Assembly (NCBI GenBank): GCA_015492495.1
Contig: WGEY01000088.1
Coordinates: forward strand, 2,959 to 66,958
Direction: 5' to 3'
Length of the DNA stretch: 64,000 nucleotides
Source: Deltaproteobacteria bacterium
GTDB lineage: Bacteria; Desulfobacterota; GWC2-55-46; DRQE01
Shown one piece after another: positions 37,872 through 48,769 of this stretch; within the stretch, counting starts at the first letter, position 1; the number at the start of each line of letters is the position of its first letter. A program made the translations under genes and the position numbers. The notes below the pieces were generated by a model. It ran no database searches. It was not told where the DNA came from and was given only the letters and a program-made list of their open reading frames with translations.

Positions 37872-38807
37872 TCATCGGCCTCTCGGTACTTCCATCCTTA
37901 TGCGGGGGAGGAGTTTGCGAAAGTCCTCCTTGCGGCAAAGGGCCGTTCCCGGCCTCATCGTGGTTGCTGTACCCGCTGCCACGGCGCAGGCAAGGGCATC
38001 CTTTTCGCTCTCGCCCGTCGACAGTCCGTATACGAAACCGGCCACAGCCGCATCTCCGGCTCCGATTGTATCTATCACCTCTACCTCTGGAGGAGACGCA
38101 AGATATCGTCCCCGCTCTCCGACCATGAGGATGCCCCTGGCCCCCATGGAGACCAGCACGGTCCTTATTCCCTGTTGATGGACACACTGGGCCGCATCGA
38201 TGATCTCGTCCACCGTCTCCAACTTCTTGTTCACTAAACGGCTCAACTCATTGACATTAGGCTTGATGAGATCCGGCATGCCCTGAACCCCAACCTTCAG
38301 CGCCTCCCCGTCCGTATCGAGCAAGACCCTTGCCCCTCTGTCTTTGGCCATCTCTACGATCTTACGGTAAACCACGGGGTGAACGCCCGGCGGCAGGCTG
38401 CCGCTTACCGTTAATATGTCCGGCGGGGCAGCCGCCTCCATCTTGTGGATCAGTTGCATAAGTTCGTACGATTTTATCCTCGGTCCCTTGTCGTTCAGGA
38501 GTATCTGGTTGCCCGTGCTCGCCTCGTTGATGATGATGTTTATGCGGGTTTCGCTCGTTATCTTGACGAAGTCGCATGCAATGCCCTCGTTTATGAGCAG
38601 GCTTTCAAGCTCTTCTCCTGTGAAGCCGCCTACAAAACCGAAGGCCTTGTTTGCGGCACCGAGGGTGGTCAGTACCTTCGATACGTCTATGCCCTTGCCG
38701 CCGGCGTACCTGCGTTCCTTTTTGATCCGGTTGGCGTCGCCAATACGTATCTTGTCGATCCACAACGCCCGGTCGAGGGCCGGGTTGAGCGTTACTGTAT
38801 AAATCAT
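37872..38807 (-). CDS. PfkB-family sugar kinase (1-phosphofructokinase / tagatose-6-phosphate kinase-like)
   Basis: 311 aa. N-terminal MIYTVTLNPALDR, a GGKG motif, and the C-terminal DTIGAGDAAVAGF anion-hole motif. Confidence 0.8.
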   Translation of the reverse strand: MIYTVTLNPALDRALWIDKIRIGDANRIKKERRYAGGKGIDVSKVLTTLGAANKAFGFVGGFTGEELESLLINEGIACDFVKITSETRINIIINEASTGNQILLNDKGPRIKSYELMQLIHKMEAAAPPDILTVSGSLPPGVHPVVYRKIVEMAKDRGARVLLDTDGEALKVGVQGMPDLIKPNVNELSRLVNKKLETVDEIIDAAQCVHQQGIRTVLVSMGARGILMVGERGRYLASPPEVEVIDTIGAGDAAVAGFVYGLSTGESEKDALACAVAAGTATTMRPGTALCRKEDFRKLLPRIRMEVPRGR

Positions 38808-39035
38808 GGTATGTTCATCCAGTAATCGTTAGGGAAACTCGGGTTTACTGCCTGTCTCGTCATTGCGCAGCAAAGCACCGGCGGGCTTACTTAGACACGT
38901 TGGATGGACGGTTCCGGGAGAATTGAAGCTCCCTGCAGCAAGCTGCAGGGAATCTTCTCATGTAAGGAATTATACGATTATACTTCGCTCGCTAACCCCG
39001 AAGCCCGCTGCGGGGTTGGTGCTCGCGATGCATGT

Positions 39036-40496
39036 TCACAACAGCGGCGAGAAGACCCGGCATATCTCTTCGGAGAACCTGCGAATCTTGCCCTTGTCCT
39101 CTGTGTCCCTGGTCGTCACCTGCCTGGATTCCTCGATGATCGATTCTATCACCCCGCTCACCTGCTGCACGTCGCCGGGGCTGTAGAGGAAGGTTGCTAT
39201 CTCGAAGTTGAGGTGAAAGCTCCTCATGTCCATGTTGGCGGTGCCTACCATGGCCAACCGGCGGTCTATGGCGATCAGCTTGGCATGGAGCATCCTCGGC
39301 CTGTAGAAGTAGAACCTTACACCAGCGGTCATCAAGTCCGGCAGAAATGACCTGCCGGCGAGATCAACCAGCGGATGGTTGGACCGTTCCGGTATCACCA
39401 CACGGACGTCGACCCCCAGGCGGGCCGCCATGGCCAGCGCCGCGGACAGCGGCTCGTCCGGGACGAAGTAGGGGGTGACCACCCATATGCTCTCGCGGGC
39501 CTGGCCGAGCGCGGCAAGGACACCGGAATAGAGCGGACGTTCGAGTATGTCCGGGCCGTCGCCGACCACCTGGACCATGCTGCCGTCACCGTCCTTGTAG
39601 GGAACCGCCCGGGAAGGCATGCCGCAATCCGGATCTTCACCCGTGGTGTATGTCCAGTCCTGCATGAAGACGGTGAGAATATCATTGACTCCGCTCCCCT
39701 CGACCGTCAGGGATACGTCCTTCCATCTCTTTTCATATGGTGAGGGTCCCATGTATTCCTTGGCAAGGTTCATTCCTCCCAGCATGGCCCGCTTGCGGTC
39801 TACTATCACTATCTTGCGGTGGTTGCGCAGGTTTGCCGACCACTTCCTCCTTATGGGCAGAAGCGGCAGGAATATTCCCACCTGACCGCCTGCATCCCTT
39901 ATGGGCTGGACGAACCTGCCCCTGGTGCGGAGACACCCGAGCGCGTCCAGCAAAAGACGTACCTTGACGCCCTCTTCGGCCTTGCGCGCCAGAAGGCTTA
40001 CAAGGGCCCTGCCAACATCGTCACGGCCGAGTATAAAGGTTGCTATCTCGATCGACTCCCTGGCGTCTTTTATCATCCCTACGAGGGTTGCGTAGGCCTC
40101 TGCGCCGTCGTCGATCAACCTGACATCGTTGTCCGATGTCAGGGGAAATGTACCCGACCGCATGAGCAATGTCGCTATCCTCCGGCCGTCGGGCGAGATG
40201 GAGACATCCTCGGGCAGGTGAGGCGGGGTGCTTTCATCGGCCATGCTCCACCTCTTCTCATTGCGTATCTTCTGGATCCTCTTGCCCCCGATAAGGAAGT
40301 AAAGGGGAACCCCGACCACCGGGATCAGTCCGATGGCCATCACCCAGGCGATCGTGGCGCCGGGATGACGACGCTCGAGGAGGATGCGGGGGATCAGTAT
40401 GAGCGCCATTAGGTAACCGGCTACTTCGAGAAAGTGGCCTATGATCCACAGGGAGGTATTCACTGGCAGAGCCGAAGTCCTTTCCTTTTGGTGCAT
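39036..40496 (-). CDS. cls: cardiolipin synthase (two PLD/HKD domains, N-terminal TM segments)
   Basis: 486 aa. HKD motifs (HRKIVIVDRKRAMLGGMNL; HAKLIAIDRRLAMVGTANMD). Confidence 0.85.
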   Translation of the reverse strand: MHQKERTSALPVNTSLWIIGHFLEVAGYLMALILIPRILLERRHPGATIAWVMAIGLIPVVGVPLYFLIGGKRIQKIRNEKRWSMADESTPPHLPEDVSISPDGRRIATLLMRSGTFPLTSDNDVRLIDDGAEAYATLVGMIKDARESIEIATFILGRDDVGRALVSLLARKAEEGVKVRLLLDALGCLRTRGRFVQPIRDAGGQVGIFLPLLPIRRKWSANLRNHRKIVIVDRKRAMLGGMNLAKEYMGPSPYEKRWKDVSLTVEGSGVNDILTVFMQDWTYTTGEDPDCGMPSRAVPYKDGDGSMVQVVGDGPDILERPLYSGVLAALGQARESIWVVTPYFVPDEPLSAALAMAARLGVDVRVVIPERSNHPLVDLAGRSFLPDLMTAGVRFYFYRPRMLHAKLIAIDRRLAMVGTANMDMRSFHLNFEIATFLYSPGDVQQVSGVIESIIEESRQVTTRDTEDKGKIRRFSEEICRVFSPLL

Positions 40497-40623
40497 CAGG
40501 CCTTTCGCTTGGCCTGTTGCGATCGAGGTGGGGACCGGTCCATTCCACGTAACAAGTGAGACGAGCCTTAAACGGCCAGGGCCTGTATCGTTTGGTTACC
40601 GCGGCAATCCTTCGGCAGGGCGT

Positions 40624-42522
40624 TCAGGTGACGTTGGCCTCTTGCAGGTCCACACCATGCAACATCTGTTTTACCTCTTCGCCGCTTATGACCTCCTTCT
40701 CGTGCAGGCGTGCAGCTACGGCATCGAGGGCTGTGCGCTTCTCCTTCAGTATCTGACGCGCCCTGTTCTGCCCTTCTTCCACCAGGGCACGCACCTCGTC
40801 GTCTATGATGCGCGCCGTCTCTTCACTGTAGTTGCGTTCGGCGGACTCTTCCACACCCAGGAAGACGAGTTTTCTCTGCTTGCCGTAGGTGAGCGGGCCG
40901 AGTTTGTCGCTCATGCCCAGCTGGGTCACCATCGCTCGTGCGATCTCCGTTGCCCGCTCCAGGTCGTTTTGTGCACCGCTGGACACGTCGCCGAAGACCA
41001 GCTCCTCGGCCACCCTTCCGCCAAGCAGGATGGCGATCTGGTCCTTCAGCTCGCGCTTGGTCGAAAGAAATTTTTCCTGCACGGGAAGCTGCAGCGTGTA
41101 ACCCAGGGCGGCCGCACCGTGCGGAATGATGGATACCTTGTGCACCGGCTCTCCCGTCGGCACGGTCACCGCCACCAGGGCGTGTCCCGATTCATGGAAC
41201 GCCACGCGGCGTTTTTCCTCTGCGCTCAGGGTGCGGTGCTTCTTCTCCGGACCGGCTATCACGCGGTCGATCGCCGCCTCGAAGTCCTCCATGGTCACCG
41301 CGTCGTGGTTCTTCCGCACGGCACGGATTGCCGCCTCGTTGGCGATGTTGGCAAGGTCCGCGCCGACGAACCCTGGCGTGCGTTTAGCTATCACCCTCAA
41401 GTCCACGTCATCGGCCAGCTTCATCTTGCGCGTGTGCAGCTTGAGGATGGCTATGCGCGCCTCGAGGTCCGGCTTGTCCACCACGATCTGGCGGTCGAAG
41501 CGTCCGGCGCGCAGAAGCGCCTTGTCGAGTATCTCGGGACGGTTGGTGGCCGCCATGACCACCACGCCGACGGACGGGTCAAAGCCGTCCATCTCCGTAA
41601 GCAACTGGTTCAGGGTCTGCTCGCGTTCGTCGTGTCCCCCCATGGCGGGTCCAGCGCCCCTGGCCCTGCCGATTGCGTCCAGCTCATCGATGAAGACGAT
41701 GCAGGGCGCCTTTTGTCTGGCCTGCTCGAAGAGGTCGCGCACCCGGGCCGCCCCGACGCCGACGAACATCTCGATGAACTCGGAGCCGCTTATGTTGAAG
41801 AACGGAACCCCGGCCTCGCCGGCGACTGCGCGGGCCAGAAGTGTCTTCCCCGTGCCGGGCGGTCCCATAAGCAGTATCCCCTTCGGCATGCGCCCGCCCA
41901 GGCGCTGTATGCGCGTAGGATCCTTGAGGAACTGGATGACCTCCTGCAGCTCCTGCTTGGCCTCCTCAGCGCCGGCCACGTCGTCGAAGGTCACCTTGAC
42001 ACCGCCTTCCGGGTGTATACGAACCCTGTTGCCGATGTTCAGAAACCCCCTGCCGGGACCCATTCGGTTGGCGATCCAGCCCCACAACAGGAACAGGAAT
42101 CCAAAGGGCAGCACCCAGTTGAAGAAGAAGTTGCTCAGCCAGTCGTTGGAAGGACGCACCGTGTATCTTACGCCGTGCTCCTCCAGTGTCTGCGCAAGCT
42201 CGTCGTTCCAGAGGGGTACCGTGACGAAGCGCCTTGGCTGCCCGGTCTCCTCGTCTTTCAGCTTCAACGTTCCGGTGATGAGCTTGTCCGTGACCACGGC
42301 ATCGGCGACCTGCCCCTCCTTTACGTAGCGAAGAAAGTCGCTGTAGGGCAGCTCCTCGCGGCGCATCTTCTCGGCACCCTGCCAGACATAGAGCGACAGC
42401 GCAAGAAATATCAGGTACATCAGCAGCAGTACATTCGGGTTCTGCCAGTACCTGCGCTTGGCCGGCTTGTTGATCTCTATATCGGGCTTCTTGCCACCGG
42501 CGTTGAAGTCAGTCTTTTTCAT
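40624..42522 (-). CDS. ftsH: ATP-dependent zinc metalloprotease FtsH
   Basis: 632 aa. Walker [12 protein letters not shown] region, HESGHA zinc motif. Confidence 0.95.
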   Translation of the reverse strand: MKKTDFNAGGKKPDIEINKPAKRRYWQNPNVLLLMYLIFLALSLYVWQGAEKMRREELPYSDFLRYVKEGQVADAVVTDKLITGTLKLKDEETGQPRRFVTVPLWNDELAQTLEEHGVRYTVRPSNDWLSNFFFNWVLPFGFLFLLWGWIANRMGPGRGFLNIGNRVRIHPEGGVKVTFDDVAGAEEAKQELQEVIQFLKDPTRIQRLGGRMPKGILLMGPPGTGKTLLARAVAGEAGVPFFNISGSEFIEMFVGVGAARVRDLFEQARQKAPCIVFIDELDAIGRARGAGPAMGGHDEREQTLNQLLTEMDGFDPSVGVVVMAATNRPEILDKALLRAGRFDRQIVVDKPDLEARIAILKLHTRKMKLADDVDLRVIAKRTPGFVGADLANIANEAAIRAVRKNHDAVTMEDFEAAIDRVIAGPEKKHRTLSAEEKRRVAFHESGHALVAVTVPTGEPVHKVSIIPHGAAALGYTLQLPVQEKFLSTKRELKDQIAILLGGRVAEELVFGDVSSGAQNDLERATEIARAMVTQLGMSDKLGPLTYGKQRKLVFLGVEESAERNYSEETARIIDDEVRALVEEGQNRARQILKEKRTALDAVAARLHEKEVISGEEVKQMLHGVDLQEANVT

Positions 42523-42600
42523 ACCAGTTCTTCTCCTGTAAAGCGGGCTTGGAAACCGACTTGTGGATTGATCTCTCCGGATATGGCTTATCGTTTTTTG

Positions 42601-43860
42601 TTATACCCCGATCTCACAGATCCGTCCGGCTTCATCCCATTTTTTGACGAGGTAGGGCTTGAGCTCCTCGAAGCGCTGTGCGTACTCCTCGATGACACCC
42701 TCTGCCTCGGCGTTCGTCAACGCTTCGGTCCTGTTTATGAAAGACGCGACATTGGCATAGTAGAGCGGGGTCATGGTGTTTACGAGCTTCACCCTGTTCT
42801 TCGGCCACCTGTGAAAGGTGGCGGCGAAGTCGTAGACGATGCGCGCCCAGAGGTCAATATCGAGTTGCAACTCATCGCGGTGCGCCTTCTTGAGCTCCCT
42901 TACGGCCTTCATGTCCTCCTTTGACAGGATCGATTTCCAGAGGGGAGCGAAGTGCTCGCAACCCAAACGGAAGCTCTCCACGAGTAGTTCCTTGTCCACG
43001 GGGAACGGCTCAGGCTCCTCCGACGGCACTTCACCGACCATGTCGACGGGTGTACTGCCCTTGACCGCCTTCCACTGTCTCTCGTACTTCTCCATGAGAC
43101 CGAACATGGTTGCCACCACCTCCCGGAACATCGGGCCAAGGGATTCTCCGGGGTCCTTCTTGCCGTGCACCTTCACCCCTAAGGGCGCCTGGCAGAGGCG
43201 GTGCCCCCCTGTAATGGCCGTCGTTGTCATCCAGATGTCTATTCCGAATGTGGCAACGTCCGTATCCCATACGTCCTCCTTGAGGTAGGTCTCCGCAAGG
43301 GACGTCGAGAAGCAGAAGTCGCCCCCTATGGGCTGGCGTATGCGTTTTCCGTAGAGCATGCGGGTCATGTTGTAGGCTATGTTGTTTGTGATCGTCCCGT
43401 CATACTTGTACCTGTTGTAGAGTGGCGCCACGAAGTCGTACTCTCCTGAGATCACGGGCGAGGCGAGTTTCTGGATCCAGTCCGGCGTGATGGAACGCAG
43501 GTCCGCATCCAGCACGACCGTTGCCTGTACCTTGAGGTAGCTGGCCGCCTCGAATATGGACCTCAGGGCCGACCCCTTGCCCGGTATGCCCCTGTAGATC
43601 TGGACGAGTTTTTCCACGTATGGATCGAGTATAACATCCTTGGCCTCGTCCCTTGTGTCATCGGTTGAACCGCCGTCGGAGACGAAGATGAGCGTTCTCA
43701 TGCCAGGAAACGAGAGCATCGCCCCGTGTGAGGCGGTCTTCATCACATGGCGTATCGTCTGGTCGTTGTTGTAGGAAGGTATGCCTATGAGAAGATCGGC
43801 CCGTCTTATCTCTTCAAGCCGCTTGATGGTGTACTCGCGTAGAGAGGTCAGAAAGGACAT
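42601..43860 (-). CDS. family-2-type glycosyltransferase, glucosyl-/mannosyl-(3-phospho)glycerate synthase-like
   Basis: 419 aa. GT-A fold features (LLIGIPSYNNDQTI; DAD motif in VVLDADLRSI). The specific assignment is tentative. It has a sigma70 promoter and a long leader. Confidence 0.5.
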   Translation of the reverse strand: MSFLTSLREYTIKRLEEIRRADLLIGIPSYNNDQTIRHVMKTASHGAMLSFPGMRTLIFVSDGGSTDDTRDEAKDVILDPYVEKLVQIYRGIPGKGSALRSIFEAASYLKVQATVVLDADLRSITPDWIQKLASPVISGEYDFVAPLYNRYKYDGTITNNIAYNMTRMLYGKRIRQPIGGDFCFSTSLAETYLKEDVWDTDVATFGIDIWMTTTAITGGHRLCQAPLGVKVHGKKDPGESLGPMFREVVATMFGLMEKYERQWKAVKGSTPVDMVGEVPSEEPEPFPVDKELLVESFRLGCEHFAPLWKSILSKEDMKAVRELKKAHRDELQLDIDLWARIVYDFAATFHRWPKNRVKLVNTMTPLYYANVASFINRTEALTNAEAEGVIEEYAQRFEELKPYLVKKWDEAGRICEIGV

Positions 43861-44164
43861 GGGCGTTTCCCCCTTTTCACGTTCGGATACCGTTGCGTCG
43901 TAGGTAATGCCGTCTTCGCAGGAGCTGTATGTCCGTCCCGGGGACCACTTGACGGATAAGGCCTTATCGGCCTGCAGGCCTTTTTTTGCAAAAACAAGAA
44001 GATTGGCCTTGGTTCCGGCCTCAGCCCCGTGGGGACGGACCTGCTTATAATAGTCCTTCCTTGCTCACCATCGCTTCCCTGATACGGAGGTCTGCAAAAC
44101 GATTGCTCTGGCGTCCACTGTAAGATTGTTCCGCCGCCGGTCCCTTCATGGGTTGCCTGATTTA

Positions 44165-44193
44165 AGTATAGTCCCCTGTAATTTCTTTGTCAA
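44165..44193 (-). promoter_or_regulatory. sigma70 promoter (TTGACA - 17 nt - TATACT) about 300 nt upstream of the GT gene
   Basis: On the minus strand: TTGACAaagaaattacaggggacTATACT. Confidence 0.45.
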
Positions 44194-44255
44194 TTTGGCG
44201 ATATTCTCAGGCGGATGGTGCCGTTCGGTGAAGGCCCCCGGGTGCACGCATCCGG

Positions 44256-46964
44256 TCAGGTGCTGGAGCGTCGGTTCCAGAGTTTCGTGATCTCTGCAAA
44301 AACGAAGATGGGCACGGCGATCGCGAGCATGAGCCCCCAGTCGTTCAGGCCGAGCGGCACGGTATGGAGCGCCTTCTGAAGGAACGGAACGTAGACGGCG
44401 CACACCTGGAGTCCGACGGTTACGCCCCAGGCCATGAGGACCCATGGATTGGTGAAGAAACCTACCACGTACAGCGGCTCCCGCAGCGCACGGAAGTTGA
44501 AGACGTTCATCTTCTCGAACAGTATTATCCCTGTGAAGGCGACCGTCTCCGCGGTGGCCACGGCGTTTTCGTGCCCGCTGGCCAGGTAGTGGTGAAAGAG
44601 CCAAAGCGTTCCTGCGCCGATGTAGCCGCCGAGCAGTATTATCGTGACGATCCCCCTGCGGTCGAGCACCGGCTCCCTGGCCGCCCGGGGGGGACGGTTC
44701 ATTACACCCTTCTCGGCAGGCTCAAGCCCCAAGGCCACGGCGGTCATGCCGTCGGTGACGAGGTTCATCCATAGTATCTGGACCGGGAGCAGTATGAGCG
44801 GGCCGCCGAGGAGGATGTTCACGAATATGGCCACCACCTCGCCGGTGTTGGATGAGAGCAGGTAGCGGACGAACTTCTGGATGTTGTCGTACTGGCGCCG
44901 GCCCTCCTCCACGGCGCCGATGATGGAGGCGAAGTTGTCGTCGGTCAGTATCATGTCCGCCGCACCCTTGGCCACATCGGTGCCGCGTATGCCCATCGCA
45001 ATGCCTATGTCGGCCTTCTTGAGCGCCGGAGAGTCGTTGACCCCGTCCCCGGTCATTCCCACCACGTGTCCCATCTCCTTGAGAAGCGTCACTATGCGGA
45101 GCTTGTGCTCCGGGGTCGTGCGCGCGAACACGGCCTCCTCTTCGAGGACGCTTCGCAGCGTCTCGTCGTCCATGGAGTCTATCTCCGGCCCGGAGTATAC
45201 CTTGTCGCTCCTGAGCCCTATGCGCCTGGCTATTGCGAGGGCCGTCTTGGGGGCATCCCCTGTTATCATGAACAGGCGTATTCCGGCGCTGTAGGCCGTT
45301 TTTACGGCCTGCGGAACCTCCGGGCGCGGCGGATCTATTATTCCCACTATGCCGAGCAGCGTGAGTTCCTTTTCCACGCCATCTTCGTCGAGCGGTACGT
45401 CTTGGGGAAGCGTGCGCCGTGCAATGGCAAGCGTCCTCAGACCCTCCGCGGCCATCGCCTCGTATGCCGCTGTGGCGGCCTGCCTGTCGGCAGGGCTCAT
45501 TTCCCTTTCCTGCACACCGTCGAGGATCCGGCTGCATCGCTCTATGATGACCTCGGGCGCCCCCTTTACGTGGGCCAGCATCCCGTCAGCGCGATGCTCT
45601 ATAACGGTCATCCTCTTCCTGCGGGAGTTGAAAGAGAACTCGCTTACTGTGTGCGATGGCTCGTCGGGATGAAGCCATGCCTTGTATGCGGCCACAACGA
45701 GGGCGGCCTCCGTGGGCTCGCCCACCTCGTGCCACCCGTCCTCGTCCTTGTACAGCCTGGCGTGGTTGCAGCGTAGCCCGGTCTCGAGCAGGGCGAGAAG
45801 GTCCTGCCTTTCACGGTAGTCCATCTTTTTGCCATTTGTCTCAAAGTGCCCGGCCGGGTCGTAGCCGGAGCCGGTTATGTCGATCGTTCCGGTGCGAAGC
45901 CAGACCCTCTGTACCGTCATCTCGTTCTGGGTGAGGGTGCCTGTCTTGTCGCTGCATATGACCGTCGCAGCCCCGAGGGTCTCGGCCGCCTGCAATCTGC
46001 GCAGCAGGGCCTTTCTGCGCACCATGGTCCTTATGCCGAGGGCGAGCGTGATCGTGACCACCGCCGGAAGCCCCTCAGGGACGACGGCCACCGCGAGGGA
46101 TACGCCGGTGAGGAACATCTCTACCGGGGGCTTGCCGAGCAGGTACCCGCTTGCGGCCACTATCGCGGATATGGCTATGGCGAATACACCGAGCTGCTTG
46201 CCGAGAACGGCCAGCTTTTTCTGCAGCGGGGTGGTCTCTTCACCCACCGTCTGGGCAAGCCGCGCTATGCGCCCGAACTCGGTCGCCATGCCCGTTGCAA
46301 CGACTACGCCGCGTCCGCGTCCGTTCGTGACCACGGTCCCCATCCATGCCATGGAGCTGCGTTCTGCCAGAGGAGTGTCTCTGTCGACGGACCTTGCATC
46401 CTTGGATACGGACTCTGATTCCCCTGTAAGTGACGACTCGTCGATCTTCAGGTTCAGTGCCTCTACGAGACGGAGGTCCGCCGGCACGCGGTAGCCTATC
46501 TCCAGCACCACTATGTCTCCGGGCACGAGCCTTTCCGCGTCTATCTCCTCTTCCCTGCCTTCCCGTATCACCCTGCACCGCGGCGAGAGCATCCGTTCGA
46601 GGGCCTCCATGGCCTTCTCCGCCTTCCACTCCTGGACAAAACCCAGTATCCCGTTGAGCACGACTATCACGAGGATGGTTACGGAATCGGCGGCCTCGCC
46701 TATGAGGAATGCTATCAGGGCGGCTGCGAGGAGTATGACGATGAGCACGTCGGTGAACTGGCGCAGGAGTACCGCATACCAGGGTGTTTCCTTTATTCTC
46801 TGGAGGGTGTTTGGCCCGTAGCGAGAAAGCCGCCGTCCGGCCTCTTCCCTGCCGAGCCCTTCGAGCGGGTCGGTTTTCAGGTTGTCTATAACCGACTTGA
46901 GATCCAGTGCGTGCCAGGCGAGCGGCTCGGTCTGCGCGGTATGCGGGTTTTCGCCGGTCGCCAT
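44256..46964 (-). CDS. P-type cation-transporting ATPase (P2-type, Ca2+/Mg2+-ATPase-like)
   Basis: 902 aa. DKTGTLT phosphorylation motif, TGDAPKTA, GDGVNDSPALKKADIGIAMG, and 10 predicted TM segments. Confidence 0.9.
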   Translation of the reverse strand: MATGENPHTAQTEPLAWHALDLKSVIDNLKTDPLEGLGREEAGRRLSRYGPNTLQRIKETPWYAVLLRQFTDVLIVILLAAALIAFLIGEAADSVTILVIVVLNGILGFVQEWKAEKAMEALERMLSPRCRVIREGREEEIDAERLVPGDIVVLEIGYRVPADLRLVEALNLKIDESSLTGESESVSKDARSVDRDTPLAERSSMAWMGTVVTNGRGRGVVVATGMATEFGRIARLAQTVGEETTPLQKKLAVLGKQLGVFAIAISAIVAASGYLLGKPPVEMFLTGVSLAVAVVPEGLPAVVTITLALGIRTMVRRKALLRRLQAAETLGAATVICSDKTGTLTQNEMTVQRVWLRTGTIDITGSGYDPAGHFETNGKKMDYRERQDLLALLETGLRCNHARLYKDEDGWHEVGEPTEAALVVAAYKAWLHPDEPSHTVSEFSFNSRRKRMTVIEHRADGMLAHVKGAPEVIIERCSRILDGVQEREMSPADRQAATAAYEAMAAEGLRTLAIARRTLPQDVPLDEDGVEKELTLLGIVGIIDPPRPEVPQAVKTAYSAGIRLFMITGDAPKTALAIARRIGLRSDKVYSGPEIDSMDDETLRSVLEEEAVFARTTPEHKLRIVTLLKEMGHVVGMTGDGVNDSPALKKADIGIAMGIRGTDVAKGAADMILTDDNFASIIGAVEEGRRQYDNIQKFVRYLLSSNTGEVVAIFVNILLGGPLILLPVQILWMNLVTDGMTAVALGLEPAEKGVMNRPPRAAREPVLDRRGIVTIILLGGYIGAGTLWLFHHYLASGHENAVATAETVAFTGIILFEKMNVFNFRALREPLYVVGFFTNPWVLMAWGVTVGLQVCAVYVPFLQKALHTVPLGLNDWGLMLAIAVPIFVFAEITKLWNRRSST

Positions 46965-47377
46965 CAGTGCATGTCCTTTTTGTCTATGGGGACGACGAGC
47001 ACCGGAACCGGGGCCAGCGATATCACCGTCCTTACCGAACTGCCCACGTAGATGCGTTCCCTCCTGGCCTTTTGCCGATGCCCCAGGATCACCATGTCCA
47101 TTCCTTTCTCCCGTATATAGCCCACGATCTCTTCTTCAACGCACCCCCTGCGGACGACCACGGACTCGGGCTCGAGGCCTTCCATGGTCGCATCCGTAAA
47201 CCGTTTCAGCCTGGCCCGCGCCACGGGCTCGGTTTCGGGGCTCCGGTCCGGAAGTACGTAGAGTACGTGCATCGGCCGGTTCATGCTCTTTGCGTATACT
47301 GCGGCAAGGCGGGCAAGCTCCTCCGAGCCCGCCTCGAGGTCGAGACACAGGAGTATAGGTCTTTTTTCATCCGGCAT
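46964..47377 (-). CDS. universal stress protein (UspA family)
   Basis: 137 aa. ...VLYVLPD...MDMVILGHRQ...VLVVP... Its stop overlaps the ATPase start. Confidence 0.75.
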   Translation of the reverse strand: MPDEKRPILLCLDLEAGSEELARLAAVYAKSMNRPMHVLYVLPDRSPETEPVARARLKRFTDATMEGLEPESVVVRRGCVEEEIVGYIREKGMDMVILGHRQKARRERIYVGSSVRTVISLAPVPVLVVPIDKKDMH

Positions 47378-48629
47378 ACTTCTCCTCCTTTTGTGTCGGG
47401 ATATCCCTCGGTCTCCTCAACTCCTCTCCCCAGTAGCGCATCATGAGGGTGAAGACAAGCGGCACGGCGATGGTGGAGAATGATGATGCCGCTATAAGCG
47501 CGGTGAAAAGGTCCACGTCGATGAGCTTCGCTTCAAGGAGCAGTTGAGCCACTATTATCTCGGTTGTAAGCCTTGCATTAAGGCCTATTCCTATGGTCCA
47601 TGCCTCGCGCACGTTCAACCTGCCCATGGGAACCATCAGGAATATGCCTATCAGTTTGCCGAGGAAGGCGGCGAGGAACAGCAGTACGGCAAGCAGGGGC
47701 GCCTCGATCATGCCCCCGAGGTCGACGCTCAACCCTACCCAGAAGAAGAATATGAGGCCGAATAGACCGTAGCTCATCGACTGGATCGTCTGGATCGCCT
47801 GCTCGCCGGCTAGTCCGATGGAGTTGAAGAGCGGGCGCATCAGGACGCCTGCCGTTATGGCCCCTACCACCATGCCGAGCCCTCCGTACTCCGACATGCC
47901 GCCGAAGACGAATAGTACGAGCATCGCGAGCATGATGAGGTTGCGCGGATTCCGCGGAAGCCACCTCCCCAGGAGGGGTATCAACCAGCGATAAGACATC
48001 CATGCCAGCGCCGCGAAGACGAGGAGCGAGACGAGTATTGCGAGCACCTCGTTCTCCAATACGGCTGCGGAGAAGGATGCCGAGGCCCGTTCACCTATCC
48101 ATACGGACACGAAGGCCACGAGAAAGACCTCTATCACGTCGTCGAGGGTGCCGGCGCCTATGATGAACGCGCCCACGCGCGTACGTATGAGCTGGAACTC
48201 GTCGAGTATGGGGACTATCACCGCCTCGGCGGTAGGCATGCGTGTAAGGCCTATGACAAAGGCCATTATCCAGCCGTAGCCGAGGGCCAGCATGACGGCG
48301 GCGCCGAAGAAGAAGGGCACGGCCGTATTGAGCGCGGTACACCATATGATGTTCCCGCTCAGCCCTTTCATCTCCTTGAGGTCGATCTGGAGCCCTATGT
48401 AGAAGAGAAGAAAGAGTACTCCGAGTTGAGCCAGGAAGCTGAAGGGCTCATGCAGGGGATGCGTTAGAAGGCGCTCGCCGATGGGCGTGTAGTGTGCGCC
48501 CATGGCCACGAAGAGGCCCCCGAGGATGCCTGGTATCCTGAGCCTCGTGAGAAGACCGGCCACGAGGTAGGTCGCCACAAAGAGCAGGGCAAGGAACAGG
48601 AGTATTTCGCCGGTCTGGGTTTCGGTCAT
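47367..48629 (-). CDS. Na+/H+ (cation:proton) antiporter, CPA family
   Basis: 420 aa. About 11-12 TM segments. Sodium/hydrogen-exchanger-like N-terminus (LLFLALLFVATYLVAGLLTRLRIPGILG). Confidence 0.8.
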   Translation of the reverse strand: MTETQTGEILLFLALLFVATYLVAGLLTRLRIPGILGGLFVAMGAHYTPIGERLLTHPLHEPFSFLAQLGVLFLLFYIGLQIDLKEMKGLSGNIIWCTALNTAVPFFFGAAVMLALGYGWIMAFVIGLTRMPTAEAVIVPILDEFQLIRTRVGAFIIGAGTLDDVIEVFLVAFVSVWIGERASASFSAAVLENEVLAILVSLLVFAALAWMSYRWLIPLLGRWLPRNPRNLIMLAMLVLFVFGGMSEYGGLGMVVGAITAGVLMRPLFNSIGLAGEQAIQTIQSMSYGLFGLIFFFWVGLSVDLGGMIEAPLLAVLLFLAAFLGKLIGIFLMVPMGRLNVREAWTIGIGLNARLTTEIIVAQLLLEAKLIDVDLFTALIAASSFSTIAVPLVFTLMMRYWGEELRRPRDIPTQKEEKYAG

Positions 48630-48769
48630 TGAAAATGCACACTGGATGCCCGTCTGCGTGCGGCCCTTCCGTACAGGCGGATGTTGTCCGCAGTGGGCTT
48701 TGGAGTTTGGGAGTTGATATTATGCAAACTTCCATGCATTCGATCATGCATTCCCTGCGGCAAGGAACC

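Noticed and set aside
40441-42924. 827-aa ORF on the + strand
   Set aside because: It is entirely antisense to ftsH (and the 3' end of the GT gene). Its composition is Arg/Leu/Gly/Val-rich with no motifs, the typical shadow ORF of a GC-rich gene.
43958-43987. GGCCTGCAGGCC hairpin plus T7 run as an intrinsic terminator
   Set aside because: The hairpin is oriented for + strand transcription, where no + gene exists. On the minus strand, relevant to the ATPase and GT genes, the hairpin is not followed by a U-tract. It may belong to an antisense RNA, so it is only mentioned under the GT leader finding.
44722-45776. Overlapping ORFs of 271 aa (- strand, other frame) and 236 aa (+ strand)
   Set aside because: Both lie inside the P-type ATPase gene, whose frame carries all the diagnostic motifs. 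The alternative frames are Arg/Gly-rich noise.
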